A stretch of 61,868 bases of DNA, counting the filler, from Choristocarpus tenellus KU-1152 (lineage: Eukaryota > Protista > Phaeophyceae), in the NCBI GenBank assembly GCA_964200185.2. It is 12 parts of 12 records of this genome, joined end to end, with 100 filler letters (N's around TTAATTAATTAA, not from the genome) between each part and the next. Parts side by side here need not be neighbours in the genome. Positions count along the whole stretch, not along the records: positions 50,579 to 53,865 come from CAXNAD020021024.1; positions 53,966 to 61,868 come from CAXNAD020005421.1; 10 more parts are not named here. One strand, given 5' to 3'. The notes under the pieces were generated by a model that worked only from the letters and a program-made list of their open reading frames with translations, had not been told where the DNA came from and did not search any database. The first letter of the stretch is position 1. Each line of letters starts with the position of its first letter. A program made the translations under genes and the position numbers. Below are positions 50,865 to 61,868 of this stretch, in pieces.

Positions 50865-53634
50865 CTATACCACATTCACCTCGATCTGGTTGCCGAAGTC
50901 CATCACCACTGTCTTCGCAACGAAAATGGTTGCCTCATCGCGTCCCATTGCCTTTCCTTGAGGATTGACGGCATCAGCAAAACATCGCTGCGTCTCCGTT
51001 GGGATGAGGGTCTGCCCCAAGGCTTCCGGCAGGCAGGAAGGGCCTATCACACGTTCTTGAACAAGAGGCGTGGATACCTGTAACATCATGTGCGTACATG
51101 TGACAGCCCAACAATGTGGCAGTGAAGTGGGTTAGCCATACGATAAGGTTTTGTCACATATGTATGGGTTATTCCGGCGTTGGTTAAAGATGTTGTGGTG
51201 TACTGCAGCACGTTTGTTTTTTGTTTGTGCGGAGAAGGAGGATATTACGACGTACCGATGATCACACCAAAGTCTTGGAGACTCGCGATTTCCAGCGGTG
51301 GTGTGGGTAACTGCGTGCACCCTGTTAGCAATGTTTAAACATCTACAAGGAAACATCACTAGTACAATTGCACGCCCGAGACCTATCCATAGGGAACGAA
51401 GACAGACAAGTTGGAAAGAAATGGAAACCCCCCCCCAGCACATCCTTCTTACCTTCCACTTGCCGTCCTTGTAGGCTTGGCCGAAGGACGTGTCCATCTT
51501 CTCTTTCACCTCGTCCTTTGATGCCGTGTTGGACACGAACACCTCCACCCTCCTGCTCCGTTCAAGGACCGCCTCCGCCACATTGTTCCTCTCTGTGCTG
51601 TAGGAGACGACGGTGTCCCCAACATTCGTGTACCTATCACAGGAGGGCAGTTCGTCAATTATCCCTATGGAGTATATTGTATTGCGCACGGATTCATCAT
51701 GTCGCAATGTATGAGTAACGTTCCAATACAGGGCGACACACTCTTGGTGCGTTTTGACGCTTAACGTATCGATTCGGGAAACAAATTCGTGGGATGGATT
51801 GACGCCCCTGAACTGTCACCCAGCTCGTTCTGTTACTGTTTAACGATCTCCTGCACCTATACAAAAAACATCGCTGCTTCTGTGAAGAAGGATGTGTGTG
51901 ACATTATTAACGAACCTGTTAACAAGGAAGTGGAGGGCCCTCATGGGGATGTCCGTTGCAGCACCTTCGTACTCGACGTCCAACATGGTTTGGAGTACCG
52001 GAGGAGATGCATCACGCCCGTGGCGAAAGATGTCGTTGGCGGTGACTCGCTTATTGCATGTGAACGTTGCCCATCGTTGTGCGCGAGAATAATAATGTCC
52101 TGACAACATCTGAGATGGTTATCTGTGCCTAATCGAGGGCGCCCCCCCCCCCTCGTCTTGTATATTAGGGTTAGGGGATGATCCTCCACAATCAAGCCCA
52201 CCTTTGACGCCATAAGAGCCTCTGAATGAATAGAAGGCGGGAGCAAGCACGTGGATCCGACATGCGTCAAACTTGACAGTCACACAAGTAGTTATCGTAG
52301 GGATTAATGAAATCTCATACCACTAACATTATAATAGTACAATGAGTGTGGAACACAAGGCAAATAACCAATGCAAAAAATGCAAACAATAGGAAATCAA
52401 GTAATAATAGAAGTAAATATAGCAAAAATAAAATAGTGAAGACGAGTAACACCAGCATGCGATTCGCGGACAATGAAACAAAGAACTATGAAGGACCCGG
52501 GGGAAATAGCAAGCGACACAAAAGGAAGTAAAAGGTACGAAGGACATGAAGCAACGTGGGAAAGTGAAAAAGGAATACACACGACCTAATCCGCATCTCC
52601 TGAACGGTCGCACAATATTCGATCGGCATACGGACGGAATGATAACGGCCATGGCGGATCGCATCAGTCTCCCGCAATATACCCCGTATTCCAGCTCTTG
52701 CGAACTCTGCCACTCACCGCTTATGCGGTGTAATTGCGCCCTCCACGGGTGGGGCACAATGAGCGCGATGGTGCCCTGAGGATGCATCTTATGCCGCAAG
52801 CACTGAAGCACCTTGTGCAGGTGTGTGTTGGTCGCCTCTTCGTCGATGAGGAGTCTTGGCTCGGCGGCAATGGACACTATGGCTAGCTTTGGTGCGTTGC
52901 GGAAGGCGAAATCTTTCAGGCCGTATAAGGGTACCATAGGGTCGAGAGGGTGAAGGTCGTATAGTGCAGTGTTCTCACTCCTGCTTGGACATCATGACAC
53001 ACGACACAGTAGACAGACAGCACGACAAGAAGGACAGCGTAGTAAGCTACGGTGGAGGCAATCTTTTTATTAAGTGAGGTCCTGACAATATTTCCACGGC
53101 ATCTCCAAAATGTCAGGCCGTACCCTCCACAATGCCAGACTCATCAGATATATCTCGTGGAAGGAGGGTAGACGTCAAAACACCAAGTTCAATGGACCAT
53201 GGAAACCTCCAAAAAAGCGACACATCCAAGGCACAAAGGACGAGCAATCCACATGATGTACAAGCAGCCAAGACCTATTATGTGCAAACCAACGTGAAAA
53301 CAAACACGCAGAGACGACTTGTGTGTCTGTATAATATGCAACCACGCCGAGACCCACATGCACTTCTCCATGTCGGCCGTTTCGCTGCATGAGGGGGGAC
53401 ATAAAAGGCTTTGCGTCGTGGCTGACCCGCCTGCGCTCCTTGCATGAGCCCTTACCCTTGCCCTTGCCCCTGCCCCGACCCGCCGCTTCGTTCCCCACCG
53501 ATCCAGACCCTTCACTGCCCTCCTGTGCCATGGGGCAATTGATACATAATCGATCCTTGTGCCTCTTGTCGTCTATAATCTCTGCGTAGGCACATTCGCC
53601 CATACGTGTGATGGAGCACTTTGGGCATGAATAC
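50865..53634 (-). CDS. Spliced, possibly pseudogenised gene: Cys-rich finger plus degenerate beta-class DNA amino-methyltransferase (N6_N4_Mtase-like) fold
   Basis: Candidate exons: from 53634 (YSCPKC...ECA...CINC); from 52980 (ALYDLHPLD...KLAIVSIAAEP...LHKVLQCLRHKMHPQGTIALIVP); 51633-51453 (YTNVGDTVVSYSTERNNVAEAVLERSRRVEVFVSNTASKDEVKEKM); and about 51078-50865. The fold assignment is by eye only, and the exon chain is not fully resolved. Confidence 0.4.
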
Positions 53635-54480
53635 CTGTCGCGCATGTCATTAAGTCAGAGCGTTAAACAGACAGGATAGTATTTTTCCAGATCATATATT
53701 GGGTGCAACAACGCAACGCGGGGATCCACGGTTACGAAGGACCACGAAATTGGCGCGCAAAACAGTACGAAGTAGTACAGGTGAGATACAACAGTCGGTG
53801 ATGTAAATGCATTAACACACAATTGGACAGTGGCAAATAAAGAGACGTGGGGGTAGTGACCACAGNNNNNNNNNNNNNNNNNNNNNNNNNNNNNNNNNNN
53901 NNNNNNNNNTTAATTAATTAANNNNNNNNNNNNNNNNNNNNNNNNNNNNNNNNNNNNNNNNNNNNCCCCCCCCAGATACTGCGAGCCTTAATTTCTTGCA
54001 ATTTGCTCATATTTCTATGAATGTGTAGTGCCCAATATGACTTGAGTGAGTTGATTTCTCTATTATTTGGGGAGTTTTTGACCCAAATTCGGAAAATGCT
54101 TTGTACACGTTTGGAAAAGTGAAACGATTTTGCACGTTTTTGCCAGCATCACAAAAAAAAATATGCAAGACTGAGTAGCTCTCGTTTACTTTGACTCATA
54201 TGTACTATATGTATTGTAGCAATTATTGCTAGACAATGTGTAGTGATTGCTCTATATCAGCTGAAAGTCGATATCTTTCATGGACAGTTCAAATCCAGAC
54301 AAGAATAACTAAATTTCTGTCAAAGGCTTGGCAGTCCAAGGCATATAGTCAATACATCACCACGCTCCATTCTAGTCTATTGCAGATAGGTGAACTGAGA
54401 GGATGTCGAGTCCCTCCTTTTCTGCCTTTGCGCTGACACTGTTTTGAAGCAACGGATTCCTCTTTTGCATCTACCAGAGA

Positions 54481-54737
54481 GAGTGAAAGTATCTTAGAGG
54501 GTACGAGTTTGGCCTTGTTTGTCCATTTGGGGCTTGGCTTCTCACGGGTTCTTTTATGACATTTTCCTACTCCAAAAAAATGTATATCCTTTTGGAGTAG
54601 GTATCATCATGTATATGTCTAGAACAAGGATATTGACACTTCCTAACAAACACGATAGCCAAAATTACATCAAAATTGCAACATTGGAATTTGGCCCTCA
54701 AACGGACACGACTCTACTCTCTAAGATACTTTGACTC
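54481..54737 (-). mobile_element. MITE family A, full copy in reverse orientation
   Basis: gagtgaaagtatcttagagggtacgag ... tactctctaagatactttgactc. The flanks (gaga / agag) give only an imperfect TSD. Confidence 0.88.
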
Positions 54738-55072
54738 AGAGCTCTACTCAAGCCTACTATACTGACGGCTTCACTGACCCTAGGAGCGTACTTGTTGACT
54801 GTCCACTTACACTCCCTGTCATTCTCCCTTCTTCCCTCCTTCAATTCAACAACAATCACGCCAACAGCAGCAGCTCAACGACAAGCGCAGACCCATCCAC
54901 CATGGCTACAGGAGAATTTCAACGTATCTCCGTATCGTGATTAGATCCATAGTTCCACCAATAATGCCTTCTTCAAGGTAGGGTACAAACAATGCTTATC
55001 CTCACATCAGAGATGCGGAACAAGATTTCACTAGTCCCTCAATAAAAAATGCTCCATCTCCATCAACGCTGT

Positions 55073-58000
55073 TTACCATGTCAACTCCTCCTTCTTCCTC
55101 CGTGGATGTCGTGACTTGTTGCCTGACTTGTTGCCTGACTTGTTGGCTCTGAGATTGTCTTCTCGCATTACATCTTGACCGCTCCTAACTCCTCCTCCTC
55201 CTCCTCCTCCTGCCTTGATGCCATCACTCCGAGAAGACCTTGTTGATGTTGCTACTTTTGCTCTAGTCACAGCCGTGCTTTGGGAAACTTCTAAGGCACA
55301 ATCGACTCCTTCATCTCCCTGGCGTTTCTTTGGGAACACATCAATCCGATCGCAGCTAGAATCATGACCTTCAACACAATTGACTCGCCCACCAGGGCAA
55401 AAGGCACGTTTTCTTCTCCTAAGGTAGCCCAGAACATCACCTCCACATTCGCGAATGCTTCCCAGGACCGCCAAGTGCCCCTCCTCCACTCCTCTCATTA
55501 AGCCTAGAAAGAGTGAACTAGGCTCTGCACCTACTCCGCCTGCTAGGCTCCCATTGCTGTCAGTGCCACGGTCACCACATCTGACTTGGTGGCCACCATT
55601 TGCAAGAGTGCCATTGCCTTCATATATCAGGGAAGCTGAAAGTCCTTTTACAAGGCCCTCGCTTCCCTTGGCACCAGCTCTACCCTTTGCTTCATGTTGC
55701 CCAAGGCTAATGAAGTTAATGTCCTGGTCATCGGCGTTACCTCCATCACCAAATGATGCACCCAGTCCATCACCCTCGTAACAACTTCCGCCGGGATCAG
55801 TACCTGCCACATTGGGCTTAGAGTCCCCACTTCTTGAGCCCTTGGGTTTTCCAGATTTAGGAAGGGATTGACTGAGTAAGCGCCGCATGTTTGGGAAATC
55901 ACGCTCCACCCTTGCTTCTTGGGTCGCTGCAGCCAGTCTTCGCCGAAGGTCCAACGTCCTGTCCAATTTGACACCTTTTGCCTATTGGGCATAAGGTATT
56001 GGGCAAAGATTCATTAGTCAGTTCCATCTCCGCTTCTCGCTCTTGTCAATGAGGGAAACATAAATAGCTTCAAATTTTCCAGGACTTTTTTTTCTACAAC
56101 ATTTCATCTCACCAACTTTGCACGGGCTTTTGCCTCTCTCAGCAGCTGTCCTGCTTCGTTCAAGTGTGCCTTCCTGCTCTCTATTATTGCAACCAGTGGA
56201 CTATCCACGCATTCTACCAAGAGCTCCCTTACTTCCAATCCCACAAGACCTGGACCATAAAGAGATGGGGGCCCATGCCCAAGAGACCTCGGCATTCTCC
56301 CTGTACTCATCCCTCTCCGTTCTCCTGTGTCTGCCTTGCTCTTCAAAGATGCTGCCTCTGCTTCCTCCCCTGACCCCATGCCAGCCCCAGCATCAGACCT
56401 CAGAACTCTACGCATGGGCGATGTTAGGCGTCTCCATGCGCCGCACCACTCATTCATCAAGTTGAGGGGATGACCCAGGACAAGGAGCCCACAACAACGA
56501 CATCTGCTGGTACTCTTCCTGGATGATGACCCCCATGCCAGTGCAGCCGTTGTTGTCTTAGCAGGTGCTGTTGTGATCGAATGAGGGGCGGCATTCAGAT
56601 AATTCCCATTCCTTTCACCTGTCCTCTCCAGGTGTCCGCTTACTCTCATCCCAGTATTGGCATCCTTTGCCCTTGAGGTGGTACCTGCTCCCAACCATCG
56701 TTTTGCCGCTCCTGCAGCCCTTGCCCTCAACCTCTCCAGCTCGGCAGTGTCCACCTGTGTCAGTAGGAGTCTTGCAAGAGAGTGCAGCCCCACTTCGTGC
56801 GAGCGATGCTCTCGGGTTGGGTACTTTCCAGTGCATACCTTCATTTTTTTTCAGTGAGAGAGGGGATGGAGAGGAGAGGGGGGCCCATGGTAATTTATCT
56901 GTAGTATTACAAAGAAGTAGGCACATACATTTTCAGTTATACAATGTACATTCCTTGAACTGCTTGCTGGGAAACGGTTTATTAGACCACTGATTGTCTG
57001 ATATCCTCTCAACATTAGATCCTATAACAGTATATGCAGGAGGTACACATATCCCAACCAAGTAGGGAAGTATTTTTTTGTCTCCTTTGTCTCTATGGTT
57101 GAAACCAAGGAATGGGCATAGACAAGGTGAAGGTGAGATAGGTGGGAAATTATTGTCTAGTCTTCCGATATTGACACGCACCGCACATGCTGATGAGAAC
57201 CCCATGTTTTTTGTTTGCTTCTTTGTATGTGTTTCTAAGCTCGCTAAAGTAGGCCCTATGTCTCTGCTCGTTCTCCTGCCCTCAACAAAAGATACTCTGC
57301 TCCATTCTCCACTCTCCAGACTCTGTTGTTGTTCTCGATACTGATTGAGAATGCCAGCAGGAACTAGAAAACTCTGGAGGGTCATGGCGTCTGGATTCAG
57401 GAAACGGATATGGGCCAACACAACCAATGCTTCTAACGCATAAGCATCGGCTACAGCCCTAACCGCAGAGATACCCACCCATGTGGTAATGCTGCCCCTG
57501 CCATTGCTATCACCAATTGAGCAGGGATTACGGCGAAGAAGTGCAAGGAAGCAAAAGGCCAGCCCACATGTACACAGTCGGCGTAGTGCAAATGTGCCAC
57601 ATGAACTAAGACCTGCAAATTGTTTTTCTCCTTGGCCGATGGAAGAAGTCTTACTGTAGACACTGCCTCCCTTGAGCTTGACAGAATGACATGGTGACTG
57701 ATGAAGACTGTCCTCGAGAGCCTCTAACAGATCTTGAGCACCATCTTCAATGCCCTCAATCTGGTTGGGGGTGTAAGCACAATTGTTAAGGTTGGGTGTG
57801 GACACATTGCTCAGAATGAAATCAAGAGGAGCTCAAGGTAGGACCACAAAAAGAAAATGAGAAGTAGATGCTAAAAATCGGTTTATAAATGCTCTGGATC
57901 CTTTAGGATAGACACCTCAAACGTCTGTGCGACTAGCGCTTCATACTCCCCCACTAATAATAAAATGCTTTTCTCACACAAAAAAATAGGACCACACTAC

Positions 58001-60240
58001 ATTTTGGTTTTCTCTTCTGCAAACTTACACAAACTTCGCTCTTGAAGGCAGGCAGAAAGAGGTGAGAAGGGAAAGCTTAAGCTCAGTTCATCTCTAAGCT
58101 CGAAGAAGAGCAACCTTTATGAATCCAGGAGTGGTTTTCTGCTACCGTTTTTGCATGCTAGACTCTCTATGTTCTGTGCGGTGCTTGATCAATATTTGTG
58201 CTTTCGTGTTTTTCCTTCTCCCCTTTCCATATATGCGATCCAGTAAAGACCCAAGCCCTGAACCTGTACTTATTCAGTCTGCGTATCGGATGAACGACGA
58301 CCTGGTTTCAAGTAGCCCGATACGTTTTTCAAGGTCCTCCCGCCTCAGAATATGATGTGCGGCGGGATAGGGTCGGGTCCACCACACATTCGGTCCTACT
58401 CAAAACCCTCACAAGTGGTTCCACCAGGTGGTGCATAGCCAGCTCTTGGATTGACTCTATCTGCGACGACCTACATCGTAGCAACCCTTCAGATCTGCGT
58501 TGGTCTTTGTCGTAGGCAAGTTGGTCGGTATTAGCGACACCACTTAGGGCACCTGCCACGAACAGAGGAAGACATTTCTCTGCTGTGATATGATCGAAAC
58601 CGTCTATGATGCGAGCTGCAAGCACTAAGCTATAAAGCAATCCAGCTTGTTTGCAGTGTCCGGCCATAGGGTCGATCAGAGTATCCATCACTCGTTCGAC
58701 GACCCCTCCATGGGAAAGGAAGGCCCGTGCAAGAGCAGTTTCCCTCGACAGCAGACCCCTCAATAGTGTAGACAGTGCTTCTTGGTTGCCGTTGTCTAAT
58801 AATGACTTGATAACAGAAGAGGGCACCATCAGGAAGAGGATGTACTCCAAAACGAGATGTCTCTCTATTAAGCGCTTCTATTGTTCTCAACAATATTTTC
58901 AAAACGATGAATTTGGGCGAATGGGACGTTACATCCTCCATAAGTGTGGTTCCTCATCCTTGTAAGAACAAAGTGGTATTAGAGTGGGTGGTATGGATAA
59001 ATGTTTTCTCAATCATAGGTCATCGTTTCTTTTAATAATTTGTAGAAATAGGGCGACTTGGAGTTTTCATCAATTTCTGTAGGGAGCGAAAAGTTCCAAC
59101 ATTCAGTTAATTATTATTAATTCGTTGGGGGTTGGGTGGGTTTGGGTGGGGGTGAGGGTAGGTGGAGGGGTGGGCGGGTGGGGGGGGTCACCAATGGGTT
59201 CTTCGTGAAGGGTACATACACCCTGTTGGGCATACGTCAATACCAACAATCCGTCAAATACAACCCTACAAGCACCAGTCAGAACGGAGAGGCTTCCATG
59301 CGGTAGTTGATCAATCTTATGGTCGAACACGACTTTCCACAACGTACTGATACCTGCGTCAAATTAGACCACTTCCTCAAATACGTTCAGGCAACTTATT
59401 TTTTTTGGTGAGTGTACACATGTGACAATCGTTCAAAAATAACTGTTTTTTAAAGAATGTGTAGTTCTTTGAACATACTAGTATAAACTATAGATAGGAT
59501 AATGTACAACTTAATAAGGAGTTGCTAGGTTGTATCACGAGCAGCGAGTGATGATGCAATGTATTGATTCAAGTACAAGGGATTGCACAATGGAACCACG
59601 CATGTCAATAGCCTCCCCTACTACTTCTGAACCTCACCCTACCAATCTAACATAAAAAATGCAGGATATTACCAACAACAAACTCTACTATTGTGGTCTA
59701 AGTTAACCACAATATTTCTTTCCCAAATTTCCGAATTTTAAGTCATTCTTCGTTTTACTTTCAATGTATTAGGATTCTACTTTACTTTTTTGTACTTATT
59801 CTTTAAATACCATTTCTATGTTTTATACTACACACATATTATTATGCCCTGTGACATGTACACAGATTATTATCATGAAGGGAAAACAAGATATATAACG
59901 GAGAGAAGGTAAGAAAACATAACAGCAAAGTAGAGACCAAAGAAGAGGAACGATCTTTAAGTCGAAGCAAGATGAAAAATTTCTACTTGCTTGGAAGGTG
60001 GTGGAGAGGAGTAGGCAGATTTGTAGGGCACGATCATGCCACCTTTTCGAAGGATCATGTACCCTACCTATGGGTAGCCTTCTTGACGAAGAACTGGCTC
60101 ATCCTAACGAACGGGATGTTGCAAGGAACTGATGCAATGCCATTCTCTGCCATGACCCTCTTAAAATCATTGTACACATCGTCATCGGTCCCAACCTGTG
60201 CAATCGTCTTGTCAGTGATAGTGTGGTCATGTAGACATAG
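55073..60240 (-). CDS. Large multi-exon gene of unknown function (helical segments and low-complexity C-terminus)
   Basis: Same-strand long open segments with plausible splice sites at about 60240-60067, 59348-59220, 58877-58330, 57810-56950, 56844-56113 and 55981-55073. The last two join as ...AKARAKL|gt..ag|AKGVKLDRTLDL. No family recognised. Confidence 0.55.
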
Positions 60241-61868
60241 ATGCACATTACAGAAATATGTGTGAAGCGTGGACGCATTGTGGGAAGGTTCAGTGGGGGC
60301 GGACCCCTTCTGTGTGTCACGTGTATATTTAGACAGCGGTTGGACTTGGATGCCTTATATTTACCTCCTTATACATGTGTCATTTTATGTGATGAAAAAG
60401 TAGGAGGGCAACCTCACGTGCATGAACCTGACGGAGGAGGAGAGGGTTATCGTGGGTAATTTGAAGACGACAAGGGAGGGCGATGGTGAGGAACTAACCT
60501 TACAGAAAGCAACATGGCATGGGAGGAACAAAGGGCAAGGGGAGAAGGAAGGGGAAAGAGGAAGGCTACAGTCAAAATGGGTGACTCAGTCACGAAGGTC
60601 ATTTGATGGTTTTGTGTGTTATTGAGTCCAGTGTAACAGGTTGTGTTAGGTACAGCCCTGTGGATTTAAGATTCCACATTTATATGTGGAAGGAGATTTG
60701 TGCTGTGCTTTTGGTGGGGAACGAAAAGTACATTGAAGTACGATGGTGGCCATCATAGGGAGTACTTCATTGAACAGCAGACATTAGGTATGATGGCGTC
60801 ACGAACGTACCTTTTAATTCTTGTGTAAAAGTGGATTCTGTATAAACAATTAGATGACGGAAGAGCAGACCTATAGTATCCTAGAGGGACTTTCACGCGT
60901 CCATTCGGGGCCGGTGTGAACCTGTGGCAATTTTCATGCCATTGGAGTGAACTTGTCGGATGCAAGGGCAATTTCCTTAATCTGATTGCACCTTCCTTTT
61001 TCATTCCCCTGCCTGAACCAAAATTCGGAGGAAAATCATTCGTAAATGGGCGTTAAACTGGGGTATTTTACAACACCCCATCAAGCCCCAGATGGACAAC
61101 CTGGGCTAAACACTCCCCCTCTCTAAGATACTATGGCACAGCACATGTTTGTAATTTTGAAGAATAGGAGATAGGTATGGGTTAATGAGCCAGGTCTGGA
61201 AAACTCCAGGAACAGGAAACATTTATGCAAGCAATCTGTGATTCGTGGTTAATGATCCACAGAATAGGTTTGATTTGGTGGCAAGGAACCCCCCCTCCTT
61301 GGACTTGAAGGTTCACTCCTCCTTTTCCTTCCTTACTTCATCTACAACCTGTCCAAACCAGCAGGGAATTAACCAAAGTAATTTACATACACTGGCATCG
61401 GGAAACATCACCCTCTTCGATAGATGATTAGTGTTGTAGATCATTTTTACGGCTATTTGAGCTTGGTCCTTTCACGGCATTGCCCTTCTCCTACCTGTGT
61501 GCTTTGAAGGAAACGGAGGATTCTCCCCCTGCTCTAGTCGAAAATATTTATTTTTGTAATAGTGCGCTGTTTTGATTTCCACACTGTGATGGAAATGAAC
61601 AATTGAACGGAGATAGTGGATGCATGATCAGCTCATGTCTTATGGCACGTTGTTGAACACAAAAGACAAGATCATATCTAATTTTTCTTCTTATCTTCAC
61701 CAAAAAGTATTTTTTTGATTATTTCACACCCTCATACCAAAAAGACTTGCTATATCCATATTTTGTGCTAGAGTCAACAGTGCACTGTATCGGATGCAGG
61801 TTCGGTACTGGGTACAAACTACTCCAGGCCCAAAGTATCTGGTGGTGGGGGGGGGTCTAAACCAGGGT

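Noticed and set aside
50579-53865. Endogenous giant virus (phaeovirus-like) segment, or a UvrD helicase from GDR...FRGV
   Set aside because: No NCLDV hallmark gene, and spliceosomal-type introns are apparent. The helicase-like words are interrupted by stops and lack Walker motifs.
1-61868. tRNA, rRNA or snRNA genes
   Set aside because: None recognised by eye. tRNAscan-SE/Infernal would be needed to exclude them.

Overview
Eukaryotic, intron-rich, repeat-rich DNA. The taxon is most likely a stramenopile, probably a brown alga; this is inferred from gene and TE content, not shown. The window is not one locus. It is 12 unrelated contigs joined by an artificial 100-nt linker (44 N + TTAATTAATTAA + 44 N): 1-5574, 5675-16375, 16476-19988, 20089-23781, 23882-26813, 26914-31714, 31815-39508, 39609-43584, 43685-47858, 47959-50478, 50579-53865, 53966-61868. 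Most listed ORFs are low-complexity noise. Real genes appear only after splicing short exons: partial SIN3 (PAH + HID), a sorting-nexin BAR protein, the VPS18 C-terminus, a galactose-3-O-sulfotransferase-like gene, a heparan-sulfate-6-O-sulfotransferase-like gene, a DUF1771 (Smr-associated) gene and a large unassigned gene. TEs include Copia remnants with an LTR, RTE-type LINE remnants, a plant-type (DD39D) mariner remnant, and an abundant MITE group with GRG...CYC termini and 4-bp TSDs (Sola2-like). The most novel candidate is a CpG-rich contig (50579-53865) with a spliced gene that appears to join a Cys-rich finger to a degenerate beta-class DNA amino-methyltransferase fold. All family assignments are by-eye motif recognition; no searches were run.
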